From Orrella sp. (GTDB lineage Bacteria; Pseudomonadota; Gammaproteobacteria; Burkholderiales; Burkholderiaceae_B), in the NCBI GenBank assembly GCA_036675955.1, contig JAKFDW010000123.1, forward strand, positions 1 to 55,666: a stretch of 55,666 nt of DNA, in the 5' to 3' direction. Positions 50,438-55,666 of this stretch are shown here, piece after piece; position 1 is the stretch's first letter; every line of letters begins with the position of its first letter. A program made the position numbers and the translations under genes. The notes under the pieces were generated by a model that saw only the letters and a list, made by a program, of their open reading frames with translations, had not been told where the DNA came from and searched no databases.

Positions 50438-51298
50438 ATGCCGACCAAGCACGCCAGTATGGACCTGCCGCAGCCCATCATTCCGGCGCTGGAATCACCG
50501 GCTCTGTTGAAAGGACAAACTGCGCTGGTTACCGGCGCCAACTCCGGTATCGGCCGCGCTATCGCTGTTTCGCTCGGCACGGCCGGCGCAAATGTGATCG
50601 TCAACTATGTAAGCAATCCGTCTGACGCCGAAGCAGTAGCCGAAGAGATTCGCGAGGGTGGACAGCGTGCAATGACCATACAGGCCGACGTCTCTGACGA
50701 GACACAGGTACAAGCCATGTTTGCTGCGGCGATGCTCGAGTTCGGCACTGTCGACATCCTGGTCAGCAACGCAGGAATGGAGCGCAACGCGCCGTTTCAC
50801 AAGATGAGCGCCGCGCAATGGGACGCGGTAATCAACGTCAACCTGCGCGGCGCCTTTCTTTGCGCGCGCGAGGCCGTGTGCGAGTTTCTTCGCCGCGGCG
50901 TGCGCCCGGAAGTTTCAATGGCTGCCGGCAAGATCATCTTTACCAGCTCGATCCATGAAATCATTCCGTGGGCAGGTCACGTGAACTATGCCGCATCCAA
51001 GGGCGGGCTGATGCTGCTGATGAAAAGCCTGGCGCAGGAAGTCGCCGAGAAGCACATCCGGGTCAACTCCATTGCGCCGGGCGCGATCCGCACGCCGATC
51101 AACGCCGCGGCCTGGTCTACGGCCGAGGCCTATGCCAAGCTGATGAAGCTGGTGCCCTATAAGCGCATTGGCGAACCAGCAGAAATTGGTCGCGCCGCCG
51201 TTTGGCTGGCATCGGACTTTTCAGATTATGTCGTCGGCACGACGCTCATCGTCGACGGGGGAATGACCTTGTACCCCGGATTCGAGTCAGGCGGCTGA
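50438..51298 (+). CDS. SDR oxidoreductase, glucose 1-dehydrogenase-like
   Basis: TGANSGIG, SNAG, SSIHEIIPW.G..NYAASKGG, PGAIRTPIN, DGGMTLYP. Confidence 0.88.
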   Translation: MPTKHASMDLPQPIIPALESPALLKGQTALVTGANSGIGRAIAVSLGTAGANVIVNYVSNPSDAEAVAEEIREGGQRAMTIQADVSDETQVQAMFAAAMLEFGTVDILVSNAGMERNAPFHKMSAAQWDAVINVNLRGAFLCAREAVCEFLRRGVRPEVSMAAGKIIFTSSIHEIIPWAGHVNYAASKGGLMLLMKSLAQEVAEKHIRVNSIAPGAIRTPINAAAWSTAEAYAKLMKLVPYKRIGEPAEIGRAAVWLASDFSDYVVGTTLIVDGGMTLYPGFESGG

Positions 51299-51334
51299 AT
51301 CGATCAATTGTCTTTGCATTTGCTCGGGCGGCAT

Positions 51335-51350
51335 GGGCACATCATGTGCT
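51335..51350 (+). promoter_or_regulatory. Putative sigma54 promoter
   Basis: GGGCACATCATGTGCT = GG-N10-GC, 50 bp upstream of the DUF3008-like gene. Confidence 0.5.
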
Positions 51351-51399
51351 GTGAGTATCCGACACGCCATGGGCGGTTATCAATGTAAGGAGTTTCATC

Positions 51400-51591
51400 A
51401 TGCCAGCAAAATCGAAATCCCAGCAGCAGGCAGCCGGCATTGCCTTGGCCGCTAAAGAAGGCGAAAAAAAAGTAGGCGACTTGAAAGGCCCGTCCAAATC
51501 CATGTACAAGTCGATGAACGAGAAAGAACTTCGCGAACTGGCCTCCACGAAAACCAAGCATAAGCCCGATCACAAGTCCGATAAGGATTGA
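51400..51591 (+). CDS. DUF3008-like small basic protein
   Basis: MPAKSKSQQQAAG.ALAAK.G....LKG.SKSMY.SM.EKEL.E.AST; AAGGAG RBS. Confidence 0.8.
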   Translation: MPAKSKSQQQAAGIALAAKEGEKKVGDLKGPSKSMYKSMNEKELRELASTKTKHKPDHKSDKD

Positions 51592-51640
51592 GGATACCAA
51601 TGGCTATGGTCGGAGTGCGAAAGTGGAAGGCGGGTCGTAT

Positions 51641-52735
51641 GTGCAGAAACTGATCAAAACGGCGAAACACGAACGACTTGTGCTGATGGCTCTGCTGGCC
51701 GGTGCATTGGCGTACTGGTTCGAGGAAGCGTTACTGAGTGGCGGTCGCGCCATTGCGCTCGCTACGGCGCTTGCCTTGATTCTGGCCATCATCGGTACTT
51801 CCTTGCGCGTTGCCCATCATGCAGAAGTGTTGGCCGAAAAAGTTGGCGATCCCTACGGCACCATGATTCTCACTTCCTCCGCTGTGCTGGTTGAAGTCAT
51901 CGTACTGGGAATCATGATGAACCATGAGCCGTCGCCCACTTTGGTGCGGGATACTATTTATGCCGCTGTCATGCTTGACATCAACGGCATCCTTGGCTTG
52001 GCGGCGTTAATGGGCGGCCTGAAACATGGCGAACAGGCCTATAACGACGATTCCGGCAAGACCTATGGTGTGATGATCCTTACCGCCATGGGAATCTCGA
52101 TGGTCGTGCCCGAATTCATTCCACATGCTAATTGGCATCTTTACTCGGCGTTCACCATTGTTGCCATGCTGATGCTATACGGTCTTTTCCTGCGCATGCA
52201 AGTCGGCACGCATAGCTACTTCTTCAGCTATAGCTATCCCGAGAAGCGTAGCGGATCCCGCCAAGGTAATTCGCCCCACACCACGGTCCTGGGATCCGCG
52301 ACACTATTGGCCGCCGGCATTGTGGTGATCGGTGCGATCGCCGAAATCATGTCCAAATCATTAAATGTCGGTTTGGCAGGATTGGGAGCACCGCCTATGG
52401 TCGTCGGGCTCGTGGTGGCCAGCATATCGGCGTGTCCTGAGATACTGACGGCGCTTCGCGCCGCGCTGGCCAATCGGATGCAATCCGTCGTGAATATCGC
52501 CATGGGTGCGTCGCTTTCTACAGTGATTCTTACCGTACCGGTAATGGAAGCCCTGGCCTTGTTTACCGGCACTCCGTTCCAAATGGCGATGACGCCGGTG
52601 CAGACGGTAATGGTAACGATCACGCTGATTGCTGCCGCCATAAACTTGAATGACGGGCAAAGCAATGCAATTGAAGGAATGACGCACTTCGTGTTGTTCG
52701 CCACCTTCCTTATGCTGACTTTTCTTGGCCTTTGA
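51641..52735 (+). CDS. chaA: Ca2+(Na+)/H+ antiporter, CaCA family
   Basis: HAEVLAEKVGDPYGTMILT..VEV, PEILTALRAA..N..Q..VNIAMGA, EG..H.VLF. Confidence 0.88.
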   Translation: MQKLIKTAKHERLVLMALLAGALAYWFEEALLSGGRAIALATALALILAIIGTSLRVAHHAEVLAEKVGDPYGTMILTSSAVLVEVIVLGIMMNHEPSPTLVRDTIYAAVMLDINGILGLAALMGGLKHGEQAYNDDSGKTYGVMILTAMGISMVVPEFIPHANWHLYSAFTIVAMLMLYGLFLRMQVGTHSYFFSYSYPEKRSGSRQGNSPHTTVLGSATLLAAGIVVIGAIAEIMSKSLNVGLAGLGAPPMVVGLVVASISACPEILTALRAALANRMQSVVNIAMGASLSTVILTVPVMEALALFTGTPFQMAMTPVQTVMVTITLIAAAINLNDGQSNAIEGMTHFVLFATFLMLTFLGL

Positions 52736-52755
52736 GGGCGCCGATATACAGATTT

Positions 52756-53481
52756 TCACGCGGCTTCACCCAGAATGGTCTCGCGCAGCCACTTCTTGAT
52801 CATGACCACATGTTCGGCCTCGCTTTGAAGCGCCTGTTGAAATGGCGCGGTCAAGTCATCATGGCCCGATTCCGCCGCCAGCTCGATCAGCAGCTCCCAA
52901 CAGGCATTGTCAGTCAACTCCGCCGTAAGAATGGCCTCAAGACTTTGTGCAACCGTAGTCCTGGGGTCCGTAATGACTTGCAGCAGTCCAAGCGCGGCGA
53001 CCCCGCTCGCATCCGCACAAGGCGTCTGTGCGGTGGGGTCCGCGCCCAGGTTTTCCATGACTCCAGTCAGCATGTGGAAGTGCGCTGCTTCCTCGCTACA
53101 GATATGCAGGAGGTCGATGCGAAGATCGCTGCGGCGTATATGCGTGGACGCTTCCACCTTTGTGATCAGGGCCTGGTATAGCCGTACGCCCGACCGCTCG
53201 AAGGCCAGCCGCTGACCCAGCTTGTCGATCAGCACTTCCGGCTTCTTACCCTTTATCTTGCCCATCGTCGCTTCCAGCAATCCTTTACCTGTGCCGGGCA
53301 GCGGCACCGAGCCAACCCGCAGGGACTGCGCGATGTACTGGGCCCGTATTTCGGCCATGGCCGCAGCGCTTCCCTCGGAGCTGGGCGGCTGGGCCAAGGC
53401 AAACTGTGCCTGTGTAGGACCTTCGATCGGCGACATCTGCATGCCCGTTCGATTCATGCCCATTTTTGTATTGTCTTCCAT
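52756..53481 (-). CDS. Ferritin-like (di-metal four-helix bundle) protein
   Basis: AFERSG..LY, EEAAH, AELTD...W, EAEH give the E/ExxH/E/ExxH pattern. Confidence 0.82.
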   Translation of the reverse strand: MEDNTKMGMNRTGMQMSPIEGPTQAQFALAQPPSSEGSAAAMAEIRAQYIAQSLRVGSVPLPGTGKGLLEATMGKIKGKKPEVLIDKLGQRLAFERSGVRLYQALITKVEASTHIRRSDLRIDLLHICSEEAAHFHMLTGVMENLGADPTAQTPCADASGVAALGLLQVITDPRTTVAQSLEAILTAELTDNACWELLIELAAESGHDDLTAPFQQALQSEAEHVVMIKKWLRETILGEAA

Positions 53482-53482
53482 A

Positions 53483-54670
53483 TCAGCTCCTTAGGACGGG
53501 GTTATCGCGGGTACGGCTAAGCTCGGTGCCGGGAGACCATTGATAGCCGGCCGCTACAATCTCGGCAGGCGAACCATCGGCGTTCAATATGGCCCTGGCC
53601 TGGATGGACGCCTGGCTCTCGTCATGCTGGTCGACATAGGAAGTGCCGTTCGCACGCAGCGGCACCTCGGTCGACAGCACGGTACGCACGAACTCCCGTT
53701 GCGATGCGAACTGCAGCGGCGTGGGGATCACTTGCCCTAATACTTCTGCCGGATCCCGGCGTTCGTACTGCTTGAAGAGCTCGCTGACCATGGCCAGATG
53801 ACCAAGCTCATAATCAAGAAAACGCTCCCAGATCGCCTTTATGCGCGAGTTGGTCTCCTGTTCTACACAGCTGTAGTAGGTGTAGACTTCCGTTGCCTCG
53901 TGAATAAGGATTTTCTCCAGCAATGACTCGCCGGGATCTTGAAGAGAGCCGTATTGCGTCACATGCTGCTCTTCTATCGAAGCGATTTCCGCATACAGCT
54001 GTCGGGCCATTGGATCGGCAAACAGTGGGCCAATATTCATGTAGTAATCGTGGGTCTGGTACTCGGCGGCGGTAATCAGGGTAGAGTGAAGTTTTGTGAT
54101 GAGTGCCGTGCTGCCTCGCTCATAATGCCGCCTCACATCGTCCTCCGGCGCTCTGTGTTCGTCCACGGTGGGCCGCCCGGGCACGATGTCGGTATAGCCC
54201 TGCAGGATGTTATTGGCGTCCTTTCCCTCCAATCTGTCCAGCAGCGCGCTGTAGCGATAGAGGTGATCGAAGTCTTCCAGCAAACCGAATCGGTAGGTTT
54301 GCGCCTGGTATGGATCCGGCTCAGCTTGCGCGACCGCGGCCGTGACTTCTATGGCTACTTGCTCATAGGCTATCGTGGTCTCCAATGGCGAATGGTCGGC
54401 AGACAGAAGCCAGTTGATCGTCGTGGCCTGATGTTGCTCGACGCGCCGCAGTCTCGCCAGCGGTACGCGCAGTTCCTCGTTGAAGCGCGCAGCAATGTGC
54501 TTCAGCCGCAGGGCGTCATTCTCGAGGCCATTCAATAAAATGATACGGACACGTGTAAAGGCGTCGTCATCCAGCTTGCTGATAGGATTGCCCACCATAT
54601 CGCGCCATGTGAATCGTTGCTGGTCGAGGGGCGTGCCGGTGTTGTCCCATAGGTTGTTTATCGGGCCCAT
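53483..54670 (-). CDS. Uncharacterised 395-aa protein with two tandem ferritin-like bundles
   Basis: AGGAGG RBS; bundle 1 GLEND/VEQHQ/YEQ/EDFDH; bundle 2 AAEYQ/EEQH/HEATE/YELGH. Confidence 0.75.
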   Translation of the reverse strand: MGPINNLWDNTGTPLDQQRFTWRDMVGNPISKLDDDAFTRVRIILLNGLENDALRLKHIAARFNEELRVPLARLRRVEQHQATTINWLLSADHSPLETTIAYEQVAIEVTAAVAQAEPDPYQAQTYRFGLLEDFDHLYRYSALLDRLEGKDANNILQGYTDIVPGRPTVDEHRAPEDDVRRHYERGSTALITKLHSTLITAAEYQTHDYYMNIGPLFADPMARQLYAEIASIEEQHVTQYGSLQDPGESLLEKILIHEATEVYTYYSCVEQETNSRIKAIWERFLDYELGHLAMVSELFKQYERRDPAEVLGQVIPTPLQFASQREFVRTVLSTEVPLRANGTSYVDQHDESQASIQARAILNADGSPAEIVAAGYQWSPGTELSRTRDNPVLRS

Positions 54671-54698
54671 GTCGTTCCTCCTGAAAATCGCATTTCGC

Positions 54699-54714
54699 AG
54701 CAAGTGACAGTCCC
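54699..54714 (-). promoter_or_regulatory. Putative sigma54 promoter for the ferritin-like operon
   Basis: Minus strand GGGACTGTCACTTGCT, GG-N10-GC with TTGC, 29 bp upstream of ATG. Confidence 0.45.
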
Positions 54715-54775
54715 GCATGGGCTGCGGCACCGATGTCCGCACGATGCCGATCGCCGCCGCGCGCCCACTGACCCT

Positions 54776-54791
54776 CGGCACACCGTTTGCT
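54776..54791 (+). promoter_or_regulatory. Putative sigma54 promoter for the cis-prenyltransferase
   Basis: CGGCACACCGTTTGCT, near-consensus YGGCAC-N5-TTGCW, 29 bp upstream of ATG. Confidence 0.65.
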
Positions 54792-54819
54792 TCGACCGCC
54801 ATATGGAGCGAGCGAATAC

Positions 54820-55443
54820 ATGAACACCACGACCAAAGACCGACTCCCCCGGCATATAGGTTTCATTCCCGACGGCAACCGCCGTTGGGCCGTAGCGCGG
54901 GGGCTGGATAAGCAGGAAGGCTACGCTTTCGGCATAGAACCAGGCTTGGCTCTGATTGACATCTGCCGGACGATAGGAATAGAAGAAATCTCGATTTACG
55001 GATTCACGCAAGACAACACCCGGCGTCCGGCGATTCAAAGAGAGTATTTCAGCAAGGCCTGTGTCGATTTCGCTCTGGCCGTCGCAAAAAGGGATGTTGC
55101 CTTGCTGGTGGTGGGCGATAGTGAATCGGGACTTTTTCCTGAAGAACTGAAACCTTACGTTCAGCGCCAGGGCACGGGAATGAAGGTCAACCTGCTCGTC
55201 AACTACGGTTGGGAATGGGACTTGAACGGCCTGAAAACCGGCAAGTTGCGCTCTGAAGACGTGTCGCGCCTTGATCTCATTGTTCGCTGGGGAGGCGGCC
55301 GCCGCCTTAGCGGCTTTCTGCCGGTGCAGTCCGTGTACGCCGACTTCTTTGTGCTTGATGCTTACTGGCCCGACTTCGAACGGTCCCACATAAGGCAAGC
55401 CCTGGACTGGTTCCGGCAGCAGGATCGCACCCTGGGAGGGTGA
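54820..55443 (+). CDS. Short, atypical cis-prenyltransferase (UppS family)
   Basis: HIGFIPDGNRRWA, YGFTQDNTRRP, NYG, DLIVRWGGGRRLSGFL, YWPDF, RTLGG; 207 aa. Confidence 0.85.
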   Translation: MNTTTKDRLPRHIGFIPDGNRRWAVARGLDKQEGYAFGIEPGLALIDICRTIGIEEISIYGFTQDNTRRPAIQREYFSKACVDFALAVAKRDVALLVVGDSESGLFPEELKPYVQRQGTGMKVNLLVNYGWEWDLNGLKTGKLRSEDVSRLDLIVRWGGGRRLSGFLPVQSVYADFFVLDAYWPDFERSHIRQALDWFRQQDRTLGG

Positions 55444-55607
55444 ACATGATCCCCGGCAATTGTAGCGAGCGCTTCCTACCCGAATTTGTTCAGGAGGTCT
55501 ATCCTACCGACGATGAATACCGCCCTGAGAGTTATTGGACGAACATATCCGACTGAAAACTGGCATTTCGATGGGGCATGTTCCCTTTTACTTTCAAGGA
55601 CGTAAAG

Positions 55608-55666
55608 ATGCAAACACAAACCGGCACTGTTAAATGGTTCAACAACGAAAAGGGATTTGGCTTCAT
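55608..55666 (+). CDS. Cold-shock protein (CspA family), 3' truncated by window edge; absent from the ORF track
   Basis: AAGGA RBS then [19 protein letters not shown]. Confidence 0.92.
   Translation, partial: MQTQTGTVKWFNNEKGFGF

Noticed and set aside
1-55666. Many long alternative-frame ORFs (e.g. 1921-2958, 4235-5215, 15747-16700, 31761-32678, 43905-45017, 49309-50268)
   Set aside because: They are antisense or out-of-frame shadows of well-supported genes in GC-rich DNA and carry no family motifs
1-55666. IS elements, integrases, tRNA/rRNA and anti-phage defence genes
   Set aside because: No transposase, recombinase, nuclease/NTPase defence motifs, cloverleaf or rRNA signatures were recognised by eye

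Overview
A mosaic, GC-rich betaproteobacterial chromosomal region. The Bug/TctC gene and the dif variant suggest Burkholderiales, probably Alcaligenaceae; the taxonomy is inference. A 28-bp XerCD dif-like site lies at 25224-25251 and KOPS-like octamers converge on it, so this is probably the replication terminus region. The window is a patchwork of accessory modules: a paoABC-like molybdo-flavoenzyme operon; a KefB/C-type antiporter; an AraC-linked 2009-aa Gly-rich autotransporter; a Rid + FAD amino-acid dehydrogenase + polyamine-type ABC + LysR catabolic operon; an FNR-box-linked glgP/ackA/P-ATPase/phosphoketolase module; an orphan antitoxin with a 14-codon PIN-toxin stub; Bug-MaoC-CaiB; MarR-MFS; yqjG; copA with a CueR box; patatin, a frameshifted GH63 glucosidase and glucose dehydrogenase; and a right-end stress cluster (DUF3008-like, ChaA, two ferritin-like proteins divergent from an atypical short cis-prenyltransferase). 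Two outward-facing cold-shock genes bracket the window. The best candidate for an uncharacterised system is the ferritin-like pair plus cis-prenyltransferase with back-to-back sigma54-type promoters. I found no rRNA, tRNA, CRISPR array, transposase or integrase. All calls come from reading motifs by eye; no searches were run.
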